Below, piece after piece: positions 1 to 10,419 of a stretch of DNA of 64,000 bases (positions are counted from its first letter, which is position 1; the number at the start of each line of letters is the position of its first letter). The DNA comes from Chloroflexota bacterium (lineage in GTDB: Bacteria; Chloroflexota; UBA6077; JAJPHF01). The stretch spans positions 1,417 to 65,416 of the forward strand of contig DATGMD010000036.1 of the NCBI GenBank assembly GCA_035293805.1, written 5' to 3'. The notes under the pieces are model-generated. The model was not told the origin of the DNA. It saw nothing but the letters and a program-made list of their open reading frames with translations, and searched no databases. Both the position numbers and the translations under genes were made by a program.

Positions 1-572
1 GTCGGCATGACCGTCAGCGTCCCGGTCGGCGTGACCGTCGCGGTGGCCGTACGCGTCCCCGTGCTCGTTGGCGTCGGTGACGGCGTGGGGCTCGCGGTCG
101 GGGTGGCGGTCGGCGTTCCGCCTGTCACTGTGTTGGTCGCCCCGGGGCCAATCGTGCACGTACAGGAGGTAGCCCCGACGCTAACTTGTGAGCCGGGAGG
201 GGCACTCGCACTCACCTGGACCACGAGGGTGAACACATAGCTGCCCGGCGGCAGGGTCCCCGTCTGCTGGCAGGTGATCGCGTTGTTGGCAGTCGGGCCG
301 GTGCAGGTGAAGTTCCCGTCCGGCGTGAAGGAAACGAAGGTGAGCTGCGATGAAAACCCGAGGGCGAAGAAGACGCTGCCCTGCGGGCACGGGTTGGTCA
401 CCGTGGTCGTGTAGGTGACCCGTTGGCCTTGCGAGACCGTGCCCGCCGGCCCCGTCGTGGCGATTGTCTGGTCCAGGAAACTACACGGCTGCTGGGCCGT
501 CACGTCCTCGGAGAGCGCCCACTGGCCCACCACGAGCCAGACCACCAGGAAGACCAAGCCCAACCGTTTCAT
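1..572 (-). CDS. Secreted DUF11-like repeat-domain protein (C-terminal part runs off the left edge)
   Basis: Hand translation of the minus strand from ATG 572-570 gives MKRLGLVFLVVWLVVGQWALS (signal peptide), then RVTYTTTVTNPCPQGSVFF...FVSFTPDGNFTCTG...ITCQQTGTLPPGSYVFTLVVQV and a Thr/Pro-rich linker. The frame is open to position 1, so it is absent from the ORF track. Confidence 0.6.
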   Translation of the reverse strand, partial: MKRLGLVFLVVWLVVGQWALSEDVTAQQPCSFLDQTIATTGPAGTVSQGQRVTYTTTVTNPCPQGSVFFALGFSSQLTFVSFTPDGNFTCTGPTANNAITCQQTGTLPPGSYVFTLVVQVSASAPPGSQVSVGATSCTCTIGPGATNTVTGGTPTATPTASPTPSPTPTSTGTRTATATVTPTGTLTVMP

Positions 573-865
573 TGGCGACCTCTGCGCTCGGAGCCGGAGG
601 GACTAGGCCCCCCCACCGGGTCCCGCCCAGGGGTGAGGCCGTGGGACATCGGCGCTCGCCGGCGTGATGCGCCCCGGAAATTAAACGGAGCAGCGAGCGA
701 TTCGTTACCGGCGGCTACCAGGGGGCCTGAACGCTTACGAACGCGTTAATGCCGAGAGGAGTTCGTCTCCGCCGCCTCCTGGCTGACTGAGCCGGGCGGC
801 GGGGGACGAGCCCCCGCCCTACCTTTCGATGGTCTCGACGGCCATTTCGTGTCCCCGGGGGCGGG

Positions 866-1690
866 CTACGGCTCGCGGAAGGGGCCGTCGCGGGCTTCGA
901 GGAAGCCTTTCACGCCGCCCTCCTGGCGCGCTTGCTCCAGCGAGACGCCGTGGACGTTCGCGGCCTCGGGGATGCGCAGGTGGCAGAGCACTTCCATCTT
1001 GTGGCCGTAATCCATCGCCTGGCGGAAGCCCATCGCGTCGTACATGGCGTTGATGAGCTGCTTGTTGTACTGCACGGCGAACGGCGGCACCTTGGCGATG
1101 CGGCGGGCGATCCGCTCGGCCTCGGCCTGGAGCTGATCGGGCGGCACGACTTTCACGACCAGGCCGATCTCGTGCGCCTCCTGAGCCGAGATGGTGTCGC
1201 CGGTGAGGATCAGCAGCTTCGCCTGCTGCGGATTCGTCAGCCACGGGATCATGCTGGCGACCAGCGAGCCGTGGCGAATCTCCGGCTCGCCGAACCGCGC
1301 GTCCTCGGCCGCCACCACGATGTCGCACCACAGCGCCAGCTCGCAGCCGCGCCCTAGACAGTAGCCGTGGACCGCCGCGATCACCGGCTTGGGGAAGTCG
1401 CGGACGGCCATCTGGCGGGTGATGCCCCCCTCCAGCCGCGTCCACCACTCCTCCAGCGAGCGACCGTGCTCGCCGCGCGGGCCGCCCAGGTCGGCACCCG
1501 AGGAGAACGCCCGGCCGGCGCCGCGCAGCACGACCGCGCGCACGGTGTCGTCGGCGCGGGCGCGCTCGAAGGCGGCGACTAGCTCGGCCAGCAGCTCGCG
1601 GCTGAGCGCGTTCAGCTTCTCCGGCCGGTTCAGCGTGATGTGGGCGACGCGCTCCCGCGTCTCGTAGAGGACCAGCGCCTGCTCGACCAT
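866..1690 (-). CDS. Enoyl-CoA hydratase/isomerase (crotonase) family protein
   Basis: 274-aa ORF with crotonase motifs: ITLNRPEKLNALS, VVLRGAGRAFSSGADLGG, AAVHGYCLGRGCELALWCD. The overlapping longer ORFs are Arg/Ala-rich shadow frames. Confidence 0.9.
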   Translation of the reverse strand: MVEQALVLYETRERVAHITLNRPEKLNALSRELLAELVAAFERARADDTVRAVVLRGAGRAFSSGADLGGPRGEHGRSLEEWWTRLEGGITRQMAVRDFPKPVIAAVHGYCLGRGCELALWCDIVVAAEDARFGEPEIRHGSLVASMIPWLTNPQQAKLLILTGDTISAQEAHEIGLVVKVVPPDQLQAEAERIARRIAKVPPFAVQYNKQLINAMYDAMGFRQAMDYGHKMEVLCHLRIPEAANVHGVSLEQARQEGGVKGFLEARDGPFREP

Positions 1691-1887
1691 GCCGCCTCCG
1701 CGCCTCTGGGCTGCCCACCGGGGGTGGGGCTCCAGTATGGACGTTTCGGCGCGGCGGCGCCAACCGCGGAGCGGGGCGACGCGCTAGCCGGCGGGCGCCG
1801 TCTCGGGCACAATGGAGGCAAGAGACGCGCGGCCTGTTACGCGCCGGCGCCCGGCGGCGGCTGCGCGGCAACGCGCCATTCTGGAAC

Positions 1888-2997
1888 GTGAGGTGTGCCA
1901 TGCTCGCGAGCGGTTTGGCGGCGTGGGGCCGCCGGCCCGCCCTGCTCATCGCGCTCGGCGTGCTGCTCGCGTGCAGCGCGCCGGCCGCGGCCCCCGCCGC
2001 ACCCACGGCCGCGCCGGCGCCCGCGCCCCCAGCCGCGCCGACGGCGGCCGCCCCGGCGCCCACGGCCGCCGCGCCGGTCGCGGCCCTGCCGCTCCGCTTC
2101 GCCTACACCGCCCTCTCGACGACGATTGCGCCGTACTGGATCGCCGAGGACGCGGGCTACTTCCGCGAGGAGGGGCTCGACCTCGACACCCGCTTCATCT
2201 CGGCCAGCACCGTGGGGATGCAGTCGCTGCTGGCGCGCGAGCTGGACGTGACGACCGTCACCGGCGGCGCGGCGCTCCAGGCGGCGGCCAACGGCGGCGA
2301 CATCGCGATCTTCGCCACGAACGTGAACGCGATCATCTCCCAGATGATCACGGCGCCCGACGTTACGGCGCCCGAGCAGCTGCGCGGCCAGCCGCTGGGC
2401 GTCGTGCGCTTCGGCACCGTGTCCGACTTCGTGGCGAAGCTGCTGCTGCGCGGCTGGGGCCTGGAGCCGGGCCGCGACGTGCCGCTGGTGCAGCTCGGCG
2501 GCCAGGCCGAGACGATCGGCGCCATGCAGAGCGGCGGCGTGAGGTCGGTGGTGGTGGCCGACCTGCCCGCCCTGGAGCTGCGGCGGCTCGGCTTCCGGCT
2601 GATGGCCGATGGCGCCGACCTGGGCCGCGAGTACGTGGGGCTGGGCGTGGTGGCCAATCGCCCGTACCTGAACAGCGATGGTGAGACGATCCGGCGTTTC
2701 GTGCGCGGGCTGGCGCGCGGGATGGGCCGCTTCGTGGGCGACAAAGACTACAGCCTGCAGGTGATCCAGAAGTACACCAAGATGGAGGACCCCGAGGCGC
2801 TAGAGACCTCCTGGCAGGCGCACACCCAGAAGTACGCCAATAAGAGCCTGCTGACCACGGCGGCGGCCATCCGCACGGTGCAGGAGGAGGTGGCCGACGA
2901 CCCGCGCGCCGCGGGCCTGAGCCCCGAGAGCGTCATCGACAACCGCTTCGTGCAAGAGCTGCACGACAGCGGGTTCATGGACCAGGTGTACCGCTAG
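1888..2997 (+). CDS. NMT1/THI5-like ABC-type solute-binding protein (nitrate/sulfonate/bicarbonate class), lipoprotein-like
   Basis: 369-aa ORF. The N-terminus LLIALGVLLACSAP is lipobox-like and is followed by an Ala/Pro linker. The body matches the SBP pattern (YWIAEDAGYFREEGLDLD...). The start may be an internal ATG. Confidence 0.8.
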   Translation: MRCAMLASGLAAWGRRPALLIALGVLLACSAPAAAPAAPTAAPAPAPPAAPTAAAPAPTAAAPVAALPLRFAYTALSTTIAPYWIAEDAGYFREEGLDLDTRFISASTVGMQSLLARELDVTTVTGGAALQAAANGGDIAIFATNVNAIISQMITAPDVTAPEQLRGQPLGVVRFGTVSDFVAKLLLRGWGLEPGRDVPLVQLGGQAETIGAMQSGGVRSVVVADLPALELRRLGFRLMADGADLGREYVGLGVVANRPYLNSDGETIRRFVRGLARGMGRFVGDKDYSLQVIQKYTKMEDPEALETSWQAHTQKYANKSLLTTAAAIRTVQEEVADDPRAAGLSPESVIDNRFVQELHDSGFMDQVYR

Positions 2998-3737
2998 CTC
3001 ACGAGGCTGCCGGGAGCGGGCGCCATGTCCACTTCCACGCTTCGAGCGGCCATGTCCGGGCGGGCTGGAAGCCCGCGCTCCCAGGGGGTCACGAGCCGCC
3101 TCACCGATCCACGTATGGTTCGCGCCACACCGCGGGCTCAGGCGCTCGCGGCGCGCGGTCCCAGCCGCACCCCAGGGATTCCACCGCGATTGCCCCCGCC
3201 CCACCTCCCATCCCTTGCCTCTTGCCGACCGGCGAGGACGGCCGGCGACGCTCGCGGCGACTGCGCGGCGCGGCGCCCCGGCTTGGGTGGCAAGCTCGCG
3301 GCTCCCGGCACCGCCCCTATCGTGCCGGGAGGCGCAGCCCGCGAGCGCTGCCGCCGCGTGCCGGGCCGCCGCGGGGCGTCCCCGGCCGCTCCACGTCGGT
3401 CGGTCAGTTACCCAGTGTAGTGAGGCGACGAGCGCCCACATAGAGGGGAGGCCCCCGATTCCGCGGGGGATATCCCCCACGTTGCCCGGGGCCGTGTTGT
3501 TAGGCCCCCGGCCGGGTGGTACTATTTTTCTCGGCGGGCGGCGGCGCGGCACGGCTGCGCGCCGGCCGCGCCGGTCTTTGCCTCGGCCGAGGCCCACCCA
3601 ACTTTCGCGGGCGCGCGGGCGCCCTCTCGCCCCACACCGAGCGGGTAGGACTGCCGTGCGTCCCTCACGGGGCGGCGCGTGGCCGCCAGCCGCCCGGGCG
3701 GCGAGGACACGCCCGACGCCGGCCTGCCGGGGGCTCC

Positions 3738-5021
3738 ATGCTGCGCGTCGCCATGCTGAGCGTCCATACCTGCCCGCTCGCCGCGCTCGGCGGCTGGGAG
3801 ACGGGCGGCATGAACGTCTACGTGCGGGCGGTAAGCCAACACCTGAGCACGCTCGGCCTCGACGTGGACGTCTACACGCGGCGGCAGGACCCGACCGTGC
3901 CGACGGTCGTGCCCATTGCGGAGGGCGCGCGCGTGATCCACGTCGACGCCGGTCCCGCCGCGCCGCTGCGCAAGGACGCCATCCTCGACTACCTGCCCGA
4001 GTTCGTGGCCGGCGTGCGGCGGCAGGCCCAGCTCGACGGCGTGCGCTACGATCTGATGCACGCCCACTACTGGGTCTCGGGCGCCGTCGCCATGCTCTTG
4101 CAGCCGCGCTGGCAGGTCCCGGTGGTGGCGATGTTCCACACGCTCGCCCGCATGAAGAACCGCGTGCTGACGGCCGGCCCCGAGCGCGAGAGCGAGCGCC
4201 GCGTCGAGATCGAGCAGCGCACCATGACGCTGGCCGACCGCATCGTGGCCGCCACGGCCGCCGACCGCCGCCAGATGCTCGACCACTACCGCCTGCCGCC
4301 GGGGAAGATCTCCGTCGTGCCCGGCGGCGTGGACCTCGACCGCTTCCGGCCCCACGACCAGGCCGCCGCCCGCCGCGCACTCGGCCTGCGCGGCAGCAAG
4401 GTGCTGCTGTTCGTGGGGCGCATCCAGCGGCTCAAGGGGATCGACGTGCTGCTGCGGGCGGCCGCGCGGCTGGTGGCGGACGAGCCCGCGCTCGCGGCCG
4501 AGCTGCAGGTGCTGATCGTGGGCGGCCGCCCGCCCGAGCACGGCACCAGCCCCGAGAGCCAGGAGCTGCGGCGGCTGCGGCGGCTGGCCGGGCGGCTGGG
4601 CATCGCCGACCGCGTGGAGTTCGTCGGCGCCGTCGATCAAGCGCGCCTGCCGCTCTACTACGCCGCGGCCGACGCCACGGTGATCCCCTCCCTCTACGAA
4701 TCGTTCGGACTGGTCGCCGTCGAGTCGCTGGCCTGCGGCACGCCGGTCGTCGCGGCGCGCGTCGGCGGCCTTGCCTCGACGATCCAGGACGGCCAGACGG
4801 GCTACCTCATCCCCTGGGCCGATCCGGCGCTGTACGCCGAGCGGCTGGGCGCGCTGCTGGGCGACGCCGCGCTGCGCCGGCGGCTGGGCGAGAATGGTCT
4901 GTGCGCCGCGGCCCGCTACGACTGGGCGCAGGTCGCCGAAGAGATCTATGGCATCTACTGCGGGCTGGTCCGCTGCGAGCGGCGCGTCGCGGGCACGGGC
5001 GCCGCGCCGGCGCGGCGGTAG
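3738..5021 (+). CDS. GT4 family glycosyltransferase, MshA-like
   Basis: Same frame as ORF 3516..5021. I moved the start to ATG 3738, giving MLRVAMLSVHTCPLAALGGWETGGMNVYV, an MshA-type N-terminus. The C-terminal GT-B motif PSLYESFGLVAVESLACGTPVVAARVGGL is present. Confidence 0.85.
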   Translation: MLRVAMLSVHTCPLAALGGWETGGMNVYVRAVSQHLSTLGLDVDVYTRRQDPTVPTVVPIAEGARVIHVDAGPAAPLRKDAILDYLPEFVAGVRRQAQLDGVRYDLMHAHYWVSGAVAMLLQPRWQVPVVAMFHTLARMKNRVLTAGPERESERRVEIEQRTMTLADRIVAATAADRRQMLDHYRLPPGKISVVPGGVDLDRFRPHDQAAARRALGLRGSKVLLFVGRIQRLKGIDVLLRAAARLVADEPALAAELQVLIVGGRPPEHGTSPESQELRRLRRLAGRLGIADRVEFVGAVDQARLPLYYAAADATVIPSLYESFGLVAVESLACGTPVVAARVGGLASTIQDGQTGYLIPWADPALYAERLGALLGDAALRRRLGENGLCAAARYDWAQVAEEIYGIYCGLVRCERRVAGTGAAPARR

Positions 5022-5025
5022 CCCG

Positions 5026-5727
5026 GTGTCGTACGCGCTACCCGCGGACTTCCCGGACATCCTCTTCGTGCAGGCGCACCCGGACGACGCCGACTTCGGC
5101 GCGGCGGGCACGGTGGCGCGCTGGGCGCGCGAGGGGCGTCGCGTCCACTACCTGCTCTGCACGAGCGGCGACAAGGGCGCGCCCGACGCCGCCACCCGCC
5201 CTGCCGACCTCGCCCGCCTGCGCGAAGCGGAGCAGCGCGAGGCGGCGCGCCGGCTGGGCGTTGCCAGCACGACGTTCCTCGGCCGCCACGACGGCGAGCT
5301 AGAGGTGAACCTGGCCTTCCGCGCCGAGGTGACGGCGGTCATCCGCCGCCTGCGCCCGCAGCTCCTCCTGACGTTCGACCCCTGGCGGCCCTACCAGCTC
5401 CATCCCGATCACCGCGCGACCGGCTTCACGGCGCTGGACGCCCTGATCAGCGCGCGCGACCCGCTGTACTTCCCCGAGCAGCGGCGCGACGGGCTGGAGG
5501 CGCACCGCGTGCGCGAGGTGTGGCTGTTCGGCACCGACGCCCCCGACGTTTTCATCGACATAACTGATACATTCGAGGCGAAGCTCGACGCGCTGCGGGC
5601 GCACGCCAGCCAGACGCGCGACTGGCCGCGCGTCGAGGCCCGGGTGCGCGAGCGCGCGCGGGCGGCGGGCGCCGCCTACGGCGTCGGCTACGCCGAGGCG
5701 TTCAAGCGCCTCGAATTGCCCCAGTAA
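5026..5727 (+). CDS. PIG-L/LmbE family deacetylase (MshB/BshB-like)
   Basis: Same frame as ORF 4771..5727. GTG 5026 lies 2 nt after the upstream stop. Carries LFVQAHPDDADFGAAG (the AHPDD zinc motif) and LHPDHRATG. Confidence 0.85.
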   Translation: MSYALPADFPDILFVQAHPDDADFGAAGTVARWAREGRRVHYLLCTSGDKGAPDAATRPADLARLREAEQREAARRLGVASTTFLGRHDGELEVNLAFRAEVTAVIRRLRPQLLLTFDPWRPYQLHPDHRATGFTALDALISARDPLYFPEQRRDGLEAHRVREVWLFGTDAPDVFIDITDTFEAKLDALRAHASQTRDWPRVEARVRERARAAGAAYGVGYAEAFKRLELPQ

Positions 5728-5842
5728 CCCCGCCGCGGGCGCGCGCTCGCCGCGCCGCGCGCCGAGTAGGGTATCATGGCGCAGAGTCGCGGTGGGAGAG
5801 AGTGCGTGTTGACGATGGGCTTGCGAGTGCCGCTAGTCGCGC

Positions 5843-5877
5843 GCACGCAGCACGCAGCACTTAGCACTCCGTACTCG
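5843..5877. repeat. Five tandem heptanucleotides GCACNNN (STRR-like)
   Basis: Read directly in the intergenic DNA: gcacgca gcacgca gcactta gcactcc gtactcg. The same GCACTNN unit recurs inside cas6 at 58251..58282. Confidence 0.7.
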
Positions 5878-5896
5878 TCGCCGCACTGGGGGCACG

Positions 5897-6598
5897 ATGC
5901 GTAAGGTCGACGCGCTGCGCGCGCTCCAAGAGGTGGACAGCGCGCTCGACCAGGTGCGGGCGCGCCTGGAGCGCATCGCCGCGCAGTGGGGCAAGCGGCA
6001 GGCCGTGGACGCCGCGGCGGCGGCGCGCGACGCGGCCCTAGCCGAGCTGCGCCGCCGCCAGGCCGATCAGCGCGACCTGGAGCTGGCGATCGAGCAGCTG
6101 AACGGGAAGCTCAAGACGAACTCGGACAAGCTCTACGGCGGGCGCGTCCACAACCCGCGCGAGCTGGAGGACCTCTCCAGAGAGGTGGACCAGGACCGCC
6201 GCCAGATCTCGGAGCGCGAGGACCGGCTGATCGAGGTCTTCGAGCAAGTCGAGGCGGCGCAGGCGGCGGCCGACCGGGCCGCGGCGGCGTACGCCCAGGC
6301 CGAGGCGACCTTCAAGCGCGAGCAGGAGGAGATGGCGGCCGCCCGCCGCGAGCTGGAGGCAGAGGGCCACCGCCTCACCGCGCGCCGCAACCAGATCGCC
6401 GCCCAGGCCGACCCCGTGAGCCTGCGCCTCTACGAGAGCCTGCGGCGCAGCAAAGGCGGCCTGGCGGTCGTCCCCGTGCAGCAACGAAGCTGCCAGGGCT
6501 GTCGCATCGCGCTCCCCAGCAGCGAGGAGCAGAAGGCGCGCACCAGCACAGAGCTGGTGACGTGCAGCAGCTGCGGCCGCATCCTCTACGCGACCTGA
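5897..6598 (+). CDS. Coiled-coil / C4 zinc-ribbon protein (COG1579, DUF164-like)
   Basis: 233 aa. A long heptad-like coiled coil is followed by a C-terminal CQGCRIAL...CSSCGRILY. Confidence 0.8.
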   Translation: MRKVDALRALQEVDSALDQVRARLERIAAQWGKRQAVDAAAAARDAALAELRRRQADQRDLELAIEQLNGKLKTNSDKLYGGRVHNPRELEDLSREVDQDRRQISEREDRLIEVFEQVEAAQAAADRAAAAYAQAEATFKREQEEMAAARRELEAEGHRLTARRNQIAAQADPVSLRLYESLRRSKGGLAVVPVQQRSCQGCRIALPSSEEQKARTSTELVTCSSCGRILYAT

Positions 6599-6780
6599 CG
6601 CCCCGCGTCACCGGTCCTCCATCACCATTCCACGATCCCTCCACAATTTAGCGTGCACGCCCCACGCGCCGCCTTGTTATGGTTGTCGGCGGAGATACCG
6701 TCCCACGGGCAGCCGGCGGCAGGGGTTGCCGGCGGCGTGTGGCGGTCGGGAACGCCTGAACAGGCAAAGGGGGGAGATCC

Positions 6781-7074
6781 ATGCGACGACAATGGCTCAT
6801 CGCCACTTTCGCGGCCGCGGCGCTGCTGACGGGCGGGCTGGCCGCGGGCAGCGTGCCGCGCGCCCAGGCGCAGGGCTCGGACTGCATGGCCGAGTTCGGC
6901 ACCGTGGGAACGGCGTGCGGCGAGCTGCGCTTCAACATGTCTCCCGCGCCGGACACCATGCCGCCCGCGCCGATCCTGGCCGGGCCGCCGCCAGCGGTCG
7001 CGGCGCAGCCCGGCGCCGCGGACCAGTCGCAGGCCGCGCCCCAGGACGAGCAGCAGCCGGCGGGCATGGAGTAG
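6781..7074 (+). CDS. Small secreted hypothetical protein
   Basis: 97 aa. Signal-like N-terminus MRRQWLIATFAAAALLTGGLAAGSVPRAQA, GGGGAG upstream, Pro/Ala-rich tail. No family recognised. Confidence 0.4.
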   Translation: MRRQWLIATFAAAALLTGGLAAGSVPRAQAQGSDCMAEFGTVGTACGELRFNMSPAPDTMPPAPILAGPPPAVAAQPGAADQSQAAPQDEQQPAGME

Positions 7075-7202
7075 CGCCCGCAAGCCCTCACGCGGCCAGG
7101 AGCCCCGCCGAGTCGGCGGGGCTCCTGTTTGTGTTCCGCGCTGGCTGATCCGACGGCAGCCGAAACGGGTATCCTATCGGCAGACCAGCAGCGGGCAGGG
7201 TA

Positions 7203-7784
7203 GTGGAGTCGAAGCAAGGGCTACCGATCATCGCGTTCGCGGCGCCGGCCGAGTGGGAGGCGTGGCTCGCGGCGCACCACGCGACGGCGCAGGGCCTTTG
7301 GCTCAAGCTCGCCAAGAAGGACGCGGGCGTCGCCACCGTCTCCTACGCCGAAGCATTGGACGTGGCGCTCTGCTACGGCTGGATCGACGGCCAGAAGGCC
7401 GCCCACGACGAGCGCTTCTGGCTGCAGAAGTTCACGCCGCGCGGCCGGCGCAGCAAATGGTCGCGCGTCAATCGCGACAAGGCCGAGGCGCTGCTGGCGC
7501 AGGGCCGTGTGCAGCCGGCCGGTCTCGCGCACATCGAGCAGGCCCGCCAGGATGGCCGCTGGGACGCAGCGTACGAGTCGCAGAGCCGCGCCACGGTGCC
7601 CGACGACCTCCAGCAGGCGCTCGACGCGAACCCCGCCGCGCAAGCCTTCTTCGCCACCCTCGATAGCGCGAACCGCTACGCGATCCTCTATCGGCTCCAG
7701 GACGCCAAGCGCCCCGAAACCCGCGCCCGCCGCCTCGCCCAGTTCGTCGCCATGCTGGCGGCGGGCCAGAAGCTGCACCCCTGA
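7203..7784 (+). CDS. YdeI/OmpD-associated family protein
   Basis: 193 aa. Carries FAAPAEWEAWLAAHH...GLWLKLAKK...EALDVALCYGWIDGQK...RSKWSRVN...RYAILYRL, the typical YdeI pattern. Confidence 0.85.
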   Translation: MESKQGLPIIAFAAPAEWEAWLAAHHATAQGLWLKLAKKDAGVATVSYAEALDVALCYGWIDGQKAAHDERFWLQKFTPRGRRSKWSRVNRDKAEALLAQGRVQPAGLAHIEQARQDGRWDAAYESQSRATVPDDLQQALDANPAAQAFFATLDSANRYAILYRLQDAKRPETRARRLAQFVAMLAAGQKLHP

Positions 7785-7925
7785 GCGTCGCATCGCGCCC
7801 CTGTCCGCGGGCGCCCCTACCACGCGCCGCCCCGGTACGTGCGCGCTCTACGGCCTGCCGCTGATTGCCGCCGCCGAGCGGGTGTGCTACCGTGGGCGCA
7901 CGACCTTGGGACGGATGGGGAGCGA

Positions 7926-9101
7926 ATGGAGCGGGGGCGACGGACCACGGGACGAAAGCAACGCATGGTCGGGCTGGCCGCAGCGGCGCTCGCCGCGGCG
8001 CTGCTGGCGGGCTGCGGCCCGGGCGCGGCGCCCGGCGAGGGCGAGCGCGCGGGGGCGTCCGCCACAGGATCGAGCGGCGCCCGAGCGAGCACGGGCGGCA
8101 CAGCCGCACCAGGTGCGGGCGCGGCAGCCGAACCGGGGGCCGCGGCGAATGCCGCAGCGGCGGGGGGGTCGGGGGGGCCAGCCGCGCCTGCGGTGGCGCC
8201 CACCGCCCCGCCGGAGCCCGAGCGCTTCCGCTACGGCACGCCGTCCACGTCGCTGAACTACTACTACCTGCTGTTCGGCGACACGGAGGGCCTGTACGAG
8301 CAGGAGGGGCTGGCGCCGGAGGTGTTGCAGCTGCCGGCCAGCACGCTGCTCGCGGCGCTGACGGCCGGCGAGGTGGACTACACCGCCGGGGCCGCGGGCG
8401 GCATCCGCATGGCGGTGCTCGGGCAGCCGGTGCGGCTGGTATCGTCGGTGAGCCTGCTGAACTTCAGCCTGGTGACGCGGCCCGAGGTGCCGGATGGTGC
8501 GGCGCTGAAAGGCAAGGCCGTCGGCGTCGGCTCGCGCGGCGCCTCGGCCGACCGCGCCATGCAGCGCGCCGTGCGCAGCGTGGGCCTCGATCCCGGCGAC
8601 GTGACGACTGCCGTCATCGGCGACATGCCGCTCCAGTGGGAGGCGCTCCGCAGCGGCCGCGTCGCCGCGATCATGGCGTCGCCGCCGCTCAGCAGCGACC
8701 TGGAGCGCGAGGGCTACCACGTGCTGGCCAACACCGCGAGCCTGGAGCCGGCCGTGGTGGGCGGCGTGGCCGGCACCGTTGTGCGCCTGGCCGCCACGCG
8801 CGACCGCACACGGCGCCTGGTGCGCGCCGAGGCGGCAATCGTGCGCTACATGAAGGCCAATCCCGACGTGACGGCCGCGCGTATCGCCGAGCGGTACCAG
8901 CTCAGCGCCGAGGACGCGAAGGCCGCCTATTCCCAGGTAGTGCCCTACTACTGGGACGAGTACACCTTCAACCTGCCCGCCGTGGATGCCACGATCGCGG
9001 CCGAGCGCGAGGCCGCCGAGCTCGCCGCGGCCGTGCCGCGCGAGCAGGTGGTGGATGCGAGCTTTCTGACGCAGCTGCAAGCGGGAGGCGAGCCGCGGTA
9101 G
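7926..9101 (+). CDS. NMT1-like solute-binding lipoprotein
   Basis: Same frame as ORF 7839..9101. ATG 7926 gives MERGRRTTGRKQRMVGLAAAALAAALLAGC (lipobox), then an Ala/Gly linker and an SBP body. Confidence 0.75.
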   Translation: MERGRRTTGRKQRMVGLAAAALAAALLAGCGPGAAPGEGERAGASATGSSGARASTGGTAAPGAGAAAEPGAAANAAAAGGSGGPAAPAVAPTAPPEPERFRYGTPSTSLNYYYLLFGDTEGLYEQEGLAPEVLQLPASTLLAALTAGEVDYTAGAAGGIRMAVLGQPVRLVSSVSLLNFSLVTRPEVPDGAALKGKAVGVGSRGASADRAMQRAVRSVGLDPGDVTTAVIGDMPLQWEALRSGRVAAIMASPPLSSDLEREGYHVLANTASLEPAVVGGVAGTVVRLAATRDRTRRLVRAEAAIVRYMKANPDVTAARIAERYQLSAEDAKAAYSQVVPYYWDEYTFNLPAVDATIAAEREAAELAAAVPREQVVDASFLTQLQAGGEPR

Positions 9102-9200
9102 GGGTCGGCGCCCCACGTCTTGGGTCTGGTGGGCGACCGGCTGGCGGCAGGCGTCGCGGGCCGGTCGGCGAGGCGCGGTCTGAGAGAGAGAGGTACGTCG

Positions 9201-10349
9201 ATGGCGCCGACCGGATCGTCTGTTGGACTCGCCGTGCTCCTGGCGGCGGCGGTCGCCTGCGCGAGCCCGGCGCGCACCCCCACGAGCACTACAGCGCCCG
9301 GCGCCGCCGCGCCGAGCGGGCCGGCGCCCGCGAGCGCGCCCGCCGCCGCGCCGAGCCCCGCGGCCCCGAGCGGCGGCGCGGCGCCCCCGGAGCCCGTCCA
9401 CATCGTCGCCAGCCACCTGCCGGCGACGCACAGCGGCGGCCTGTACATCGCTTACGAGCGCGGTTACTTCGCCGAGCAGGGCCTCGACGTCGACCTGGAG
9501 CCGTCGTTCGCGTCCAGCGAGGCGCTCACGATGCTCAACTCGGGCGCGCTCGACGTGTACGGCGGCGCGACGGGCGCCAACCTGTACAACGCGGTCCAGC
9601 GCGGCGTCCACCTACGGGCGGTGGCCGACAAGGCGCACTCGGAGCCGGGCATCAAGTACAAGGCGATCATGGCGCGCAAGGACCTGTGGGACAGCGGCGC
9701 CGTGCGGACGATGGCCGACCTGCGCGGGCGGCCGTTCGGCGGCCTGCCGGGCGGCGGCAGCACGGAGTATCAGTCGGAGAAGCTGCTGCAGACCGGCGGC
9801 GTGCTGTTCAGCGAGGTCGACTTCAAGCCGCTGAACACGCCCGACCAGCTTGCCGCGCTCTCCAACAAGAGCATCGACGCCGTGTTCACCTTCCAGCCAG
9901 CCCTGTGTACCGCCGAGCGGCTGGGGCTGGGCGTGGCGATGCCGCCGTACATGGACGACATCGCCCCCGGCCTGGAGGGCGGCGTCATCAACTACGGCGA
10001 GCAGTTCATGCGCGACAAGACGCAGGCGGCGCGCGGCTTCATGGTGGCCTACGTCCACGCGCTGCGCGACTACAACGACGCGCAGCTGTACAACGTGAAC
10101 CGGCCGCTGATCGTGGACATCCTGCAGAAGTACGTGAACCTGCCCGACCTGAGCTACTACGACGACTGCGAGTGGGGCCGCCTCTATCCCGACGGCCACA
10201 TCAACCGCGCGTCGATCGAGGACGAGATCCAGTGGAGCGTGAAGGCCGGCTTCATGGACCGCCCGATCAGCGTGGACCAGATCGTGGACGACCAGTGGGT
10301 GGAGTACGCGGGCCAGCAGCTCGGCCCCTACCAGCCCGGCGGGCGCTAG
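9201..10349 (+). CDS. NMT1-like solute-binding lipoprotein
   Basis: Same frame as ORF 9120..10349. ATG 9201 gives MAPTGSSVGLAVLLAAAVACASP (lipobox). The body contains GLYIAYERGYFAEQGLDVDLE, typical of NMT1/SsuA-like SBPs. Confidence 0.75.
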   Translation: MAPTGSSVGLAVLLAAAVACASPARTPTSTTAPGAAAPSGPAPASAPAAAPSPAAPSGGAAPPEPVHIVASHLPATHSGGLYIAYERGYFAEQGLDVDLEPSFASSEALTMLNSGALDVYGGATGANLYNAVQRGVHLRAVADKAHSEPGIKYKAIMARKDLWDSGAVRTMADLRGRPFGGLPGGGSTEYQSEKLLQTGGVLFSEVDFKPLNTPDQLAALSNKSIDAVFTFQPALCTAERLGLGVAMPPYMDDIAPGLEGGVINYGEQFMRDKTQAARGFMVAYVHALRDYNDAQLYNVNRPLIVDILQKYVNLPDLSYYDDCEWGRLYPDGHINRASIEDEIQWSVKAGFMDRPISVDQIVDDQWVEYAGQQLGPYQPGGR

Positions 10350-10419
10350 CGCCGCGGTGGGGGTCGCGCCCGCAACGCTATTCGCCCCGTGCTTTTGACC
10401 CGGCCGGCGCTCGGCGGCT

